Shown here one piece after another: positions 14,470 through 28,200 of a stretch of DNA of 64,000 bases. Below the pieces are notes generated by a model. That model was not told the origin of the DNA and made no database searches. It saw only the letters and a list, made by a program, of their open reading frames with translations. Within the stretch, counting starts at the first letter, position 1. Every line of letters begins with the position of its first letter. A program made the position numbers and the translations under genes. Origin of the DNA: Mobula hypostoma (Eukaryota); contig NC_086097.1 of NCBI RefSeq assembly GCF_963921235.1, positions 46,006,001 to 46,070,000 of the forward strand, written 5' to 3'.

Positions 14470-14632
14470 CATACATCAAAGTTGCTGGTGAACGCAGCAG
14501 GCCAGGCAGCATCTATAGGAAGAGGTGCAGTCGACGTTTCAGGCCGAGACCCTTCGTCAGGACTAACTGAAGGAAGAGTGAGTAAGGGATTTGAAAGCTG
14601 GAGGGGGAGGGGGAGAGCATCTGCAGAATTCC
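14470..14632 (-). mobile_element. Short young Penelope-end insertion with inverted tail
   Basis: Same family as the 41.3-42.3 kb array. 17-bp direct repeat TGTTATTTGCAAAGAGA at 14453-14469 and 14633-14649. The terminal GCATCTGCAGAATTCC segment is inverted relative to the body. Confidence 0.8.
14528..14565 (-). ncRNA. Minimal type I hammerhead ribozyme motif (solo copy)
   Basis: Identical 38-nt motif to 41419-41456. Confidence 0.75.
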
Positions 14633-16269
14633 TGTTATTTGCAAAGAGAGTTGGATTAATTAGAACCTTAAATTAGCTGGGATGAAAAAGGTGGACTGAC
14701 ACGCTGTTAAATGTGTATTTGCATGCACTGCTGAGAAAGTTACTTCAGGAAGGAGCTTCTCAAATTTTGCCAAAAGCTCTTTTTATGGTGTTCTGGATTT
14801 GTTAGGAATTACATTGAACCTGGTCATATTGAGTTTGTGGCTACTCTATCTAGTTCCTTAATTCACATTGACAAATTTATAGATTTAGGGCTGACTGCTG
14901 TTAGCAAAGGTATTGAACATTGAATTATTGTGGCATTTGATCTTCCATAGAACGTAGAACGTAGAACAGTACAACTCTGCAGGATATTAGGCCCATGACA
15001 TTCTGCCAATCTTGACAGTAGTTTGTCCTAAATGACCTCTTTGTGTATCAATGGTATCCCTCCATTCCATTCATGTCTGTGTATCTGAAGCCCTTCATTT
15101 CTCTGTTCATGTGCTTCCCAAGTATGCTGTTTGCCAGAAATATCAGAACCCTCTGTGCTCATAACCTAAACTAACCTCTTTGAGATGTTACCTCGATCAT
15201 TTGCTGAACATGACCTTTTTATTGATATTCATTTTGATACTGATATTTCATGATATTCATCTGACTGCAAGTCCCTACAAAGGATTGTGAGAACTGTTGA
15301 GAGGATCATCAAATCTCTATTTACTCATTACAGGTATTTATTGGGAGCACTGTGAACACAGGGTTCTCAGTGATCTCTCCCATCCGTCCAAAAATCTCTC
15401 TGACCCCTGACCATTAGGCAAGAGGTACTAGAGCATTAGGATAAGAACTGTTAGGATGAAAAAACAGCTTCTTCCCCCGGGCCATAAGACTATTGAACAC
15501 CCTGCCACCACCCAGGTCTCATCACCTCTGAAGCACCAGTAGTGTTATACGGTTTATTTTTTAACTTGTATATGCACCTTATTATTTGTTAATTTATTTG
15601 TAGGGTAATATTATTTTGTGTTATGTGTGCAAGTTATATGTACTATGTTGTGCACCTTGGCCAAGAGGAACTTTGTCTCATTTGGTGGTACACGTGTACA
15701 GCTGAATGACATTAAACTAGAACTTGAAAATTAGTATCCTTTGAAATTTGGCTGAGGAAGTTAGATCTATACCCTTCAGCGTTTAGAAGAGTAATAGATG
15801 ATCTTATTGAATGATGGCCCTTGAGGTGTTTCTTCTAATGGAAAAATCAGACTGAGGAGACATGGTTATAACTATAGGGGGTGGTCATTTAAAACTGGTG
15901 TAGAAAAGAACTTTTCACAGAGGTTGATGAAGCTCTGGAATTCTTTATACCAGAGAGTACAGAGGCTAGAATGTATCTAAGGAGGAAGAAGATACATTTT
16001 TCATGACAACAAATTTCACGAGGTATGCCAGTGATTTTAAACCAGATTGTGATCCTGATTCCTATTTTCATATGTTCTTGTACTCAGCTGCCATGTTCGC
16101 ATGAGAATTTTAAACTATTGTCTTTTTTTTAAATTCAGATCATGAATTATAAAGTTAACGAATTAAAGCATAATGTTTTTAGAAAACAAAATATGGGGAC
16201 ATTCCAGGAAGGCCTTGATAAATTGGAATGATATTAAAACATTGTTCCATACAGTCTGCCAACTGATTT

Positions 16270-17035
16270 GTTTCGATTAGATAGACCATATAACTGTGAC
16301 TGTAGAAGTGAAAAGGGTTAGCAACTTTCAGTTTTTTGGTGTCACTATTTTAGAGGACCTTTCCTGGACCTAGCACATAAATGCACTTATGAAGAAAGTG
16401 CAGACTCCTTAGGAGTCTGTGTAGATACAGCATGACATCTAAAACTTTGACAAACTTCTGTAGATGTGTAGTGGAGAGTGTATTGACTGGCTGAATCAAG
16501 ACCTGGTATAGGAACACCAATGCCTTTGAAAAGAAATCCTACAAAAGGTAGTGGATTAAGCTCGGTACATCACCGGTATTGCCGTCCTCACCATTGAGCA
16601 CATCTAATTGAAACACAGTCGCAGGAAAGCAGCATCCATCATCAGAGATCACCACCACTCAGAACATGCTCTCTTCTCGCTGCTAAAATCAGGTCGAAGG
16701 TACAAGAGACTCGGGACTTGCACCACAAGATTCAAGAACAGTTACTACCCCCCAACCATTAGGCCCTTGAGTAAAAGGGGATAACTACACTCGTCAACGA
16801 TCTCACTTTAAGGACTCTATCTCATTATCCCATGTTCCTGTTATTTATTGCCATTTACTTATATTTGCATTTGCAGTTTGTGATTTTCTATACTCTGGTT
16901 GATCTTTCATTGATCCTGTTATAATTACCATTCTATAGATTTTCTGAGTATACCCATAGGAAAATGAATCTCAGCATTGTGTATGATGATGTTGATATTA
17001 AAATTTACTTTGAAATTTGAACTTTGAACTTTAAT
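16270..17035 (+). mobile_element. Rex1/Babar-type LINE 3' fragment
   Basis: Same motifs as the 11.1-12.2 kb copy, with a TTTGAAC-type tail. Further degenerate copies at about 15270-15730 (+), 47810-48590 (-), 51280-51960 (+) and 58190-58680 (-). Confidence 0.7.
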
Positions 17036-18509
17036 GTTTAACCAATTCTTTTTAGAATAAAAGTTCAAATTGCGGAAGACAACATGTATTGCACTGGGAA
17101 CTTTCCCCATATAGATTTTTTTCTGGGAGTTTTAACACAGGCCGTCCCCAGCTCTACCAGGAACTGATCCTGCCTTGGAAACTCCCTAAAAGAAATGCAT
17201 TTCTCTTTAGTTCTGTTTATTGCTTTATTTCATTTGTTTCAATAGAGGAAACACAGCATCTTCATGGCAATGCTTTCAGGTGAGGTCAAGATTTTCTTGC
17301 TTAAAAGAAAATTCAGCTTGACAATTAACTGTTTAATTGTATGAAAATTACTGGATCAGGTACATATAGTTGCTTAATTTTTTGATATATAATTCTACAC
17401 TTTATATTGCATTCACATATTTGTATATAGCATTAACATATTCAGTAGAATTCTTTGCAATCAGTTTTTTTTCCTTAATCAAGAAATTAGTACAAATCTC
17501 AAAGTGAACATACGGTATTGTTGAGAGAAGGAAGTATTTTTAATGACACATCTGCTAAAACTCCATGGCAATCCACAAATGTAAATCTAAGTTGTTTTCT
17601 TTCACAGAAAGTTGATTCTGTGAAACTTGGTAGTAACTGACAAAAGTATACTTCAAGGGGGAAATAGTAGCTTTAGTATTTAAAAATCTCTGTCTGTACA
17701 GTATTAATCTAATCCTGGCAAATAAAAGGGGTGATGCCTGCATTAAAGTAATACCAGATGAAACATAAAAGTAATCTCTTGGCTAGTTTTAGGTATCTTT
17801 CTGTGAGATTGATAAAAGTGCTTAGAATTCAAAGAGTAGGATGTATCTCCACTTCATGTTAAGCTTGGATGTAAAATAGTTTTGGCTTCTCTCCAATGCT
17901 CAGTACATTTCGCGTAGAGTTTCCTCCTTTTGGTGGGGGGCGGGGGCTACTGACTTTGATTTTAAAAAGTTTCTATCCTGACTGCAGTGCAAAAACAAAG
18001 TAAAATCCGTTTTGAACGTGTGATGTTTTGTTTGGTTTAAGTACATCATGAAACTGCCGTGGATTTTACCAAGACGTGATTTAATGTCACTTCATTCCAA
18101 TATAACATTAAACTTAGCAGAAGTAATTTTTGTCTTTTGAGATCAACTGTAAGCTGATTTTTTTTCTACATTATCGGATCAAACGAATAGTGGCTTTGCA
18201 TGTTCTCTGCTTTTTATTTTTCATTTACAAGGCATTTGTGTGCTAGTCAAATGTATCTTATATTTTTGCAGCATTTTCACTAATGATTGTTGATCTAGAG
18301 GCCTTAGTGCACTGAGTACAATGCAAATTACTGTAGGTGGGCTCTGAATATCAGCCAGTGTAATGCTGAATTTTATCTATTGTGAAAATACAGCGACAAT
18401 TATGAAATTAAAATAGAAATGCCCAATATTTCCTTGTGCTTAATCATAAGGTGCATTACTTGGGATTGAGGAGTGGAAGTATGTACCCTCAGTCATCATC
18501 TTGGCATAG

Positions 18510-19600
18510 ACCCATAGAACCACAGAACACTACAGCACAGGAAACAGGCCATTTGGCCCTTCTAGTCTGTGACAAAACATTATTCCACTAGTCCCATTGA
18601 CCTGTATCCAGTCCATAACCCTCCAGACCTCTCCCATCCATGTACCTATCTAATTTATTCTTAAAATTTAAGAGTAAGCCCACATTTACCATGTCAGATG
18701 GCAGCTTGTTCCACACTCCCACCACTGTCTGAGTGAAGAAGTTCCCCCTAATGTTGCCCCTAAACCTTTCCCCTTTCACCCTGAAGCCATGTCCTCTCGT
18801 GTTTATCTCTCCTAATCTAAGTGGAAAGAGCTTATTCACATTTACTCTGTCTATGCTCCTCATAATTTTGTAAACCTATAATAAATCTCTCCTCATTCTC
18901 CTCCACTCCAAGGAATAAAGTCCTAAACTGTTCAATCTTTCCCTGTAACTCAACTCCTGAAGACCCGGCAACATCCTAGTAAATCTTCTCTGCACTCTCT
19001 CAATCTTACTGATATCCGTCCTATAGTTAGGTGACCAGAGCTGTACACAATACTCCAAATTTAGCCTCACCAATGTCTTATACAACCTCCCCATAACATC
19101 CCAACTCCTATACTCAATACTTTGATTTATGAATGCCAGGATGCCAAAAGCCTTCTTTACAACCCTGTCTACCTGTGATGCCACTTTCAGGGAATTATGT
19201 TTCTGAACTCCCAGATCTCTTTGTTCCTCCGCACTCCTTAGTGCCCTACCATTTACTGTGTATGTCCTACCTAGATTTGTCCTTCCAAAATGCAACACCT
19301 CACGCTTGTCTGCATTAAATTCCATCTGCCATTTTCTGGCCCATTTTTCCAATTGGTCCAGATCCCTTTGCAAGCTTTGAAAACCTTCCTCGCTGTCCAG
19401 AATGCCTCCAATCTTAGTGTCATCAGCAAACTTGCTGATTCAATTTCCCACATTATTATCTAGAATTCTAGATCATTGATATAGACAACAAACAACAATG
19501 GTCCCAGCACAGATCCTTGAGGCACACCACTAGTTACAGGCCTCCAGTCTGATAAGCAATCATCCACTACCACTCTCTGTCTTCTCCCACACAGCCCATC
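18510..19600 (-). mobile_element. CR1 LINE 3' fragment
   Basis: [40 protein letters not shown] and NFFTQTVVGVWNKLP motifs. Confidence 0.92.
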
Positions 19601-22600
19601 TCCTCTTTCCTGCAAGATACAGTTTTTTTTGCAAGGGACAAGTGCACCAAACCCCAGTAACATTAGTGTCCAACACCTTTATTTGTAGAAGAAATGTATG
19701 AAGGGGCATGACAAAGGGAGATGCCAATATTTTTATCAACATCAAATTCCCTGTATGTGTCCACATACTTGGCGATAATAAAGGATTCTGATTCTGATAG
19801 TGAAAGAGTTTTGAATAAGAGGCCATGGTTTCAAGGTAAGGGGGCAGTCGTATAAAACTGAGGTGTGTAGAAATTTCTCAAAGGATAGTTGGCAAAATTC
19901 TCTACCCTACAGAGCTGAAGAAGCCAGATCATCAGAGTTATTTAACTTGGAGACAGATATATCTTTGAAAGATTGTGGGAGATTGAGGGCTATGTGGAGG
20001 TAGAACAGAGGAAGAGGTTAGGCCTCAGGCAGGGCAATCATGATTGTATTCAATGGGTGAGCAGGCTTAAAGAACCAGGTGGTCATCTACATTTTTCTTC
20101 TTGTAATCTTGTATTGAACCATGTTGAAGCACGTTCATATGCAGCATGCGCAATTATGTGAGAAGTATTTTAGACTCATTGAATTGAAGATGTGGCACAC
20201 TGCTGGCCATGAACTGCATATCATAGAGTGAAACTGAAGTAATCTGAAGATGCCGGATGATCCCTCTGCTGTGTATAAGGAGTTTGTACGTTCTTCCTGT
20301 GACTGTGTGTGTTTTCTCTAGGTCCTCCGGTTTCCTTCTACAGTCCAAAGATGTACCGGTTGGTAGGTTAATTGGTCATTATAAACTTGATATCCAACAC
20401 CATCTTGGCTGGCCCTCTTTATTAGAGACAGATGGAGCAGGATGCATACAACATATAGCAGCAACACCTTAGGCAGCAGATTCTGAAACTCCCTCCGCAA
20501 AATGCCCTATGAAATTTTTGCAGCTCACTGCTGTTAAATGTGTTGAAAGTTCCTGAAGGCTGAAAGTATACTTATTAATTAAAATACATATTCAATTAAT
20601 ATAGCAACGATCTGAGAAATTGAAGGCACTATTCTGTTTGGATCAGCGACCCCGGCCAGTGACAAGTGGAAAGAGTCTGAGTGGAAGGTCGTCTGCAGTA
20701 GCCCCTCTGACTTCCATGTTTTAATACACAGGCACAAAAATCACAGCTAAGCCGACCCGTGAAGCGAAAGTAGACTGCTGGTCAGAGATGGATGGACACG
20801 TTCCAGCCCATTTAGCAGTGTTAACTACACCTTTTCTGCCTCGGTTTGGTGATGGAATGAAAGTAGGACGTTGGCTTTACCTACTCTGATCTAGCAATAA
20901 TACCAGGCGAAGAATGGGAGTCAAGGAAACCTCCAGCTTCTGTTCTTCATTTTCAAGGTTTCCATAAAGCCCACTCCCCTGTTTGTTTCACCAAGCTTAT
21001 GAATAGCATTTGCAAAGGAATTTGTGCCACCTATGTCTCTTTTGTACTGCACCCTTCCATTTCCCTCAAACTGTATCAGGGCTGACAGTTCTCTATTCTG
21101 CCTTTGGGAGTGCAGGAACTCAACTTAGTTTGAGACACCTGCTAACCAGACCACATTCTCATAAAACTGGACAACATCCACTTCATTTGCTGACCGCTAT
21201 CTTTTGTGATATTGTAAATAATTTCCATCTTGGAGTTTGGTCCCATTTCCTTTCAAAATCAATATTATGAACCTAATTCCACCAAAGTACAATGCATTTG
21301 ATCTCCATTTTCTTTGGGGGGGGGGGAGAGAACTCCAGTACACTATCAGAACTTTTGAGCATATTGTCTCCCAACCCAGATGGCACAACGTCAGAATAGA
21401 GGATTGTCCCTTTAGAACAGATGAGGAAGAACTTCTTTCGCCAGAGGGTGGTGAAGGTGTCAAATTCATTGCGACAGTCACTGGGAATATTTAAAGTGGA
21501 GGTTGCCGGGTTTTTGATTAGTAAAGGTGTCAAAGATTACAGAGAGAAGGTGGGAGAAAGGGGTTTAGAGGGATAATAAATCAGTCATGATGGAATGGTG
21601 GAGCAGACTCAATGGCCCGAATGGCCAAGTTCTGCTCCTATGTCTTGTGGCCTTAACGATTTTCATATAAAATATGTAAAACAAAAGCTTAAAAAATTTT
21701 GTTTGCTAATATGTTCGAAGGGAATGGAAACCTGTGGTGGTCTTCTCCAAATCTGGTCTCCATTGCCAAAAGCAAAAGTCAGTGATTGTATTTCTGTGAC
21801 AGTAATCACAGTTACATTCCTCTCTGGTTTTCATCCAACATCTGACACACTGAACCACTCCACTTTCCTTCAGCATCCTTTTCTGTGTGTGCAGCTAGTG
21901 ATAATGTCATTATTTGGATAGGCTTATTCTCAACATTGCTGCCTTCATCTGTTGTCCTGACTGCAATATTTCCAGTTTGTTGTTTTTTTGTGAACTATCA
22001 GGACTCCACCTTGATGTCCAATCTCCTTAATGCTGCTATGAATAGTGCTGATCGCTTTCGGCTCTCACAGGTGACCAGTACTTGGACCTTATTCTCCAAC
22101 CCCCTATTAACTGCCACTTGCACACCTGCCAGACCTGTCCTCCAAAGAAAGTTTCCTGGAGTGAGAAAATCAGAGGGGATACCAGGCGCTTGGTGAATTA
22201 GATTGGATTCCTGATCGCTATTAACCAATCCTATTGAAAAATCAAGGAAGTACACATGATCTTAAATGGTCGTTTGGATTAAAAGCAAAGTGTCACGACA
22301 TAAAATTCTACACCATCCAAACGGATGACTATTACAATGTATATGAAAAATTTGAGGCGTTAAATTTCAAAATAATTGGTCAGTTTAATAATTGTAGAAG
22401 TGTCCAAGTCAAACAGTAGTAGTAGTAAGAAAGGAACGAAACTCCAATTCAACCACAGAAATAAGAGTTGGATATAAATGAGCTCATTTGGCAAATAATT
22501 AACTTTCAATCCTGCTCAAAATGTATCCAGAAATAACCCCTTCACCCTCCACTACCCCTAACATGACTATTCTTTCAGTTTATGTGGGGAAGGGAAACCC

Positions 22601-24844
22601 CAAAAGTGCCAGTGTAATGTTACAGGAATGAACTTAGATTTACAATCAATTCTCTTTTTTCTTTTACCATAATAAAACCACTTGTAGAAGGGTTGTGTGC
22701 CCCAACTGCATTCAATATGATGGCTCACATATCAGTGTCGTCATTGTACTGAATCAATGCTCTGTCTGAATATAAGCTAAACCTATTCTATTAACATGCA
22801 CTATTCACCAATAGGTAGTCAGTAAGATAATGCTTTACTCTGTAAAGGTGCAAATGACTTCACAATAAAACTCACCACCACAGAGGTGATGAATGACCGA
22901 TCAATGCATCTGTGAATAATAATACAATTTCATTCCATATATTTTTAACTTTGCTTTCAAAACTTCTGTGTGTAACTTTTTATGCTGAAATATGGAGAGT
23001 AAAAAAGCCTCACATTGCGGGATCGTATATTTGCTGAGATCAAAAGGATTGAGTGGGATGATCGCAATATGCCACAGGTGGGTGAGGGCCACAGATGATT
23101 GGAAGGTACACATCAGCTTGGTTGCAAGAAATTTAGCAAATGATCAGATTCATGACAACAGTAATGTAGCAAAATATTTTAAATTTCACAAGCAAATCTG
23201 AATAGGATTAGGAAGAAATTAGATGTTCAAAAGTAGAGTCCAAGAACGGGCAGTTTTAAAAGCTGGCAATAATGGATTGTGAAGAAATTTGAAGAGGGTT
23301 GTGATGCTAAAAGCTCTGCTTCCCTCAGGAAAGGAAGCACGCATAAGACTGTCTTGGAAATGGAGAACAGAAACACGTCTTAAAAAGATAGAGGGTAGAG
23401 GAAACTGTATATTTGCTTAAATTCAGTCTTCCTCAGTGACTACTCATTCAGAACCAGGCAATTCATAATCCTCTCATCCCTTTCAAATGAAGCCGAGGTC
23501 CCCTTCCATATACTATAACGTGGGCCCCTCTGCTTTGGTTCACCTGGGACTGGAGCATTCATCCACATCTTAGGCTGGAGGTAGATAAAGTTTTGAAAGA
23601 TGGGGGAATTGATGGTAATGAGAAACTAGGACAAAAGGGGAGTTGAAGCCAACACAGATCAATCTTGATCATGTCAAATGGTTTGGCAAACTTGATGGAA
23701 TAGGGGACCTACTACTGTTCCTGTTCCCTTCTGTATATGGTCTATCAAATAATAAGCAGGTAATTAATATAAGTAATGTTAACATTTATTAAGACTGTAT
23801 TAAAATGTTCCTATGTAAATGATGTGCATAGGAATTGATTAATTTGTTCCTTGAATACCTCAGTGGAATGTAATAACTTACTGACATAAATGTTTGAAGC
23901 TGAAGTTCTAATAGTGAAAGTACCTGGATTTGTTCCAGAATAGCAAGTAGAACTTGATCCAGTTCCCAGTTGGGATTCCCCCAAGTCTGATGTGCATTAG
24001 TACTGTAGTAGGCAAATGCATTTTATATAGAACAGGAGCCAGCCTGTCTGCAATATTTATAATATTTATCCAGTGCAGCTAATGGATTAGTTTCTTTTTC
24101 TTTCATCTAGAAATTGTTTTTGTGAAGTTTTATTATACAAATATTCCAGCAGTTAGAAAGTGGAAGTATAAGTTGGTTCCAGGGGGTAAGAGAGAAGGCC
24201 ATAATGTCTGTCAGTATCTCATCACGAGTTCCAGCTGAGCATGACTTGTTTGTGGCAGCAGATTTTGGAAAATCTCATTTCTATGCTGTAGTCTATATAA
24301 AAAAAAGGCAGCTATAATATAGATTTAAAAATAAGGGTTCAAAATTCCACTTCTAAATTGCAATCTCTTTATAGCGAGATGAAGGCACTTGGCTAAATTT
24401 GACCGTCCATTCCCTCTGTTGTTTGGATCTTTCTTTACTGAATGCTAGAAGCAGAGAAATGGCATCCCTGCCCTTGTCTGACATTCTGGGTTGTCCTGAA
24501 AACATCACTGGATTAGTGTCACTTCCCACGTAAAATCAATTTCCATTAAGATCCTTACCATGATCCTGTAGTTGCTGATCCTGCCAAATTAGATGAAGTT
24601 TCAGAAACTGACATTCTGGACATTGCTTTTAGCAAGGTCACGGAGAATATTGACAATTGCAGATTGGAAATAATATTTTTATCTACCCAGCCATACATCA
24701 ACCATGACATCCGCTCACATCCAGAGAGGGTTTAGGAAGTGACCTGCTGATGGATGGACCTGTCAACTGTCCAGTGATGCTTTGTGGAGGGTAGAGTAGT
24801 TGAAAGTTGAAGGTCACATGATGCTATCTCAGAATGGGGAAACA

Positions 24845-25290
24845 CAGTGGATTCCAGTTATTTGGACAATCGGTTAGTCAGAGCGGCCAGTTATCTGGGA
24901 CAACCCTTGAACAGAAACTAAACGAGAAAATAATTGGGGCTAACTTTGTTTAACTGGAACAGGAGACTGTTGCCGAACAGTTTCTAACTAGCGTGAGTCG
25001 AGTGCACTTGTGTAGCTGTTAGACACTACGTCATGTTTTGAGTGAATGTTTTTTATATAGCATCAGTTGTGTATATTTTTGTTCAAAAAGTAGTGATTTT
25101 TGTTGCTGATAGTTGGCAAAAAATAAGCAGTAAGACAATTCAGAACTTTTTTACTCAACTGTGGTTTCAAGCATTTAGGCTTGGAGATGCTAGAAATGGC
25201 CAGGAGTGAAAATGAAGCAATTTCACTACTTCAAGTTAGAAATTACGAATAATTTGTAATCGTCTTAAATGTTACAATGAAAATGATTTG
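24845..25290. mobile_element. Partial copy of the same Tigger/pogo-like MITE
   Basis: Begins CAGTGGATTCCAGTTATTTGGAC; reverse-complement similarity to about 43750-44213. Confidence 0.65.
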
Positions 25291-28200
25291 CATGGCCTCG
25301 TTTGCAGTGTGTTTGTAAATAGAGGTGAATATTGTGCAACAGCAGTGAATTCCTCCCTCCCTGCCCCTCCCACACCCACACTTCTGACCTTATGCAGGTA
25401 GTTTGGCCTAGACATTGACCTGATAATCTCTCGCTATGATTCCTGGACTGAGATGGCTATTAAGTGATCATGATTTATTTACTTATTTAGTGATACCGCG
25501 CAGAGTAGGCTCTGCCAGTTGGAGATATGGCTGCACCCATTGGAGGGCTTTTCTCTTTGGGCCTATTGACCTCAGTTTTATCAGGGCACCATCTGTCAAT
25601 TGCTCCCTTAATGTCAAGTATAGTCACTGCTGCTTGCTTCTGGAGTTCAGTTCTCTGGTCCATGTTTGGAGCAAGATTCTCATGAGGCCTGTAGTTCAGT
25701 AGTGCTGGTGCAGCCCTGGCACACGTTTAGTGGGTAATTGTTGCTTGTGGTACTGTTGATAACTGCTTCCATCATTTCTTGCTATTGGTGATAGACTGCT
25801 GGGGCACACAGTACCCACACTGTGGAGAAGATGATTGTGTAATTGTGCTCCAACAACTTCTGTGTTGCTCTGCATTCAACAACTTCTACATTGTAATTGT
25901 CAATTTGCTGTCATGTAAACTCTTATGCAGCAATCCGATCATTGATAAAGTAATGTAAGAGTAATAGTCATCACATACTGAATTCCTCAAATAACTGGGA
26001 TTGTAGTTATACTCTGCAGGATCAATTTTGCTGCCTTTGAGGAGATAGGGGGCTTAGATTCAGCATTTCAACTAGACAATGCCACCTCTTGAGCTAACAA
26101 CTGCAGGTCATTTCAACTCCCCAACCATTCACACACCAATCTGTCTGTCCTTGGCAGTCTTTACTTCCACGATGTGTCTAAATCCAATTTTGAACAATAC
26201 CACCTCTGCTTGGGCAGCAGACAACTCAAGGGTAAGAACAACCAATTTTCTGATTTTTAGGTAATCCATACCTCCTGCGCTCCCACCACTCCACCCTGCT
26301 TCTCTCTCTTTCTGTTAATCTTTTCCATCACTTCCTTGTCCCCCCACCCAACCCATTACTTAGACCACCCTCCCCCAGCTGGTTGCATCCGACCATTACC
26401 TTCGTACCTATCCACCTGGGGTTTTTGTTTCTTCTCTTCGTTCACCTGAATACCTCTTCCCTCACCTAGCTCTATTTCCCTATTTCATTTTTTCCTTGGC
26501 TTTTTCTGCTCATCAGCTTTCAGCCTCAGTATGACACTTCCTCCTCCCCTCCACCCTCCACCTGGCTCTATCTTCCCTTCTTCCTTCACCCACCAGCCCT
26601 CTCCAGTTTGTTTCCATCTACCATCTAGTAGCCTCTGCTTTAACCCTCCATCTCACTTCTAAATAAACCTTTCTTCTACTGATTCAAAACCGAAATGTCG
26701 ACCAGCCCTTCACCTCCACTGATGTTACTTGACCAGCTGATAGTTGACCTGCTGATGACTTCCAGCAGTGTGACTTTACTCCAGGTTCCAGCACCTGCTG
26801 TCCCTTGTATGATCCACTTCGGCATTGGTTAGTTCTGTAGTTACTGCATGACTTGCATATTTACTGGAAAGGTTACCAAAATTAAGTCTCAGTTTCTCCC
26901 AGAACAGAAATTTATGAACTACTTGTGCAAGTGCAGTGAGAGAAGCCTGTGGGGATTTCCCCTCTCTTCCTGTTCCTTGTGTTTGCACCATTTTACCCCT
27001 AGATTCACTCAGTCTGAGTTCTTTTTTTCCCAGAGCTTAAATACGACTGCAGTCCACACACTTTTTTTTATGAACTAAGAAAGGGTAATCTTTGATCACT
27101 TCTGTTTGTTTTGCTGTCGATCATTTCTCTTGTTCTCTTCTGGAGGGACTATGTGACTCATGCCTGGCCAATTTCATCTATTAAATCATGTGACTGTTGC
27201 TCATACAGGAGCTATAGAAAAGAAATTGGCAAAGCACTGTATCAAATTTGAGGCAAAGTCTCTCCTCATTAACACTCTGCAGATTGTGTTTGCAGGACAA
27301 TGATCAACGTCGAAATCCTAAGCATTTTTCTTAGATCATTTCTGAAGTATCCCTAATCTGACATTACCCCGATATGATTAGTAACTCAATGATGATAAAT
27401 GATCAGTCCTGGAATTTTACTGATTTCCACATCCCAGAATCAGAATGATGTTGCACTAAACAGATTAATCTTTGGGGATGTCCAAAGATGCTGATTTTCC
27501 CGTACATGAAGTCCTCTTGCAAAGTGGTGTTATCTACATATCATTTCAAGAAAGGTAATAAGACTGTATCCTCGCAAACATGAGCGGAATATGAGAGAAG
27601 GGGAATGGAATCCATGACCAAGCATTTAAACAAGACAGAACATTACTTGTCAGCATGCATGAAGTTCCTCTTAATAAGAGATTTGAATTTCCCATCTCCT
27701 GAACGGAACCAGTAAGGAGAAATGATGTAAAACAACTCAGAACTATGACTAAATTGAGAAAATGAAAACAAGTATGCCCAAGAGATTTGTGCCGTTACTT
27801 GGAACTATTTGTGCAGAGCATGAAACCATGGCCAATCATTCCCGATTATCGGACAACAAAATATCAAAAGCAAGGGATATTAATAAAGTTAATTAATGCC
27901 AGCACGTCCAGGAATCCAGAAGTCGGAAGGTTGCTGTTAACGTGTGTGCCTCTGGTTTCCTTTATGTAACTCTGAAACACGTACATAATTGATGTGTATT
28001 TTGATCTATACGAATAGTACTTTGGAAAGAAAGTTAGAAGATGTATGATAGGAAAAGAAGGTAAATTTGTTCTGCAGCTGTGTGTTTATTTTGGGATGTG
28101 GGACTTTCCTCTTGCATCCCTTACTGAGTCCTGGAATTTAACTTTGTGAAAACCCAGAAGGCATCAAGCCAGTGAGACAGACTGTTTAGTGGGTCTGGAT

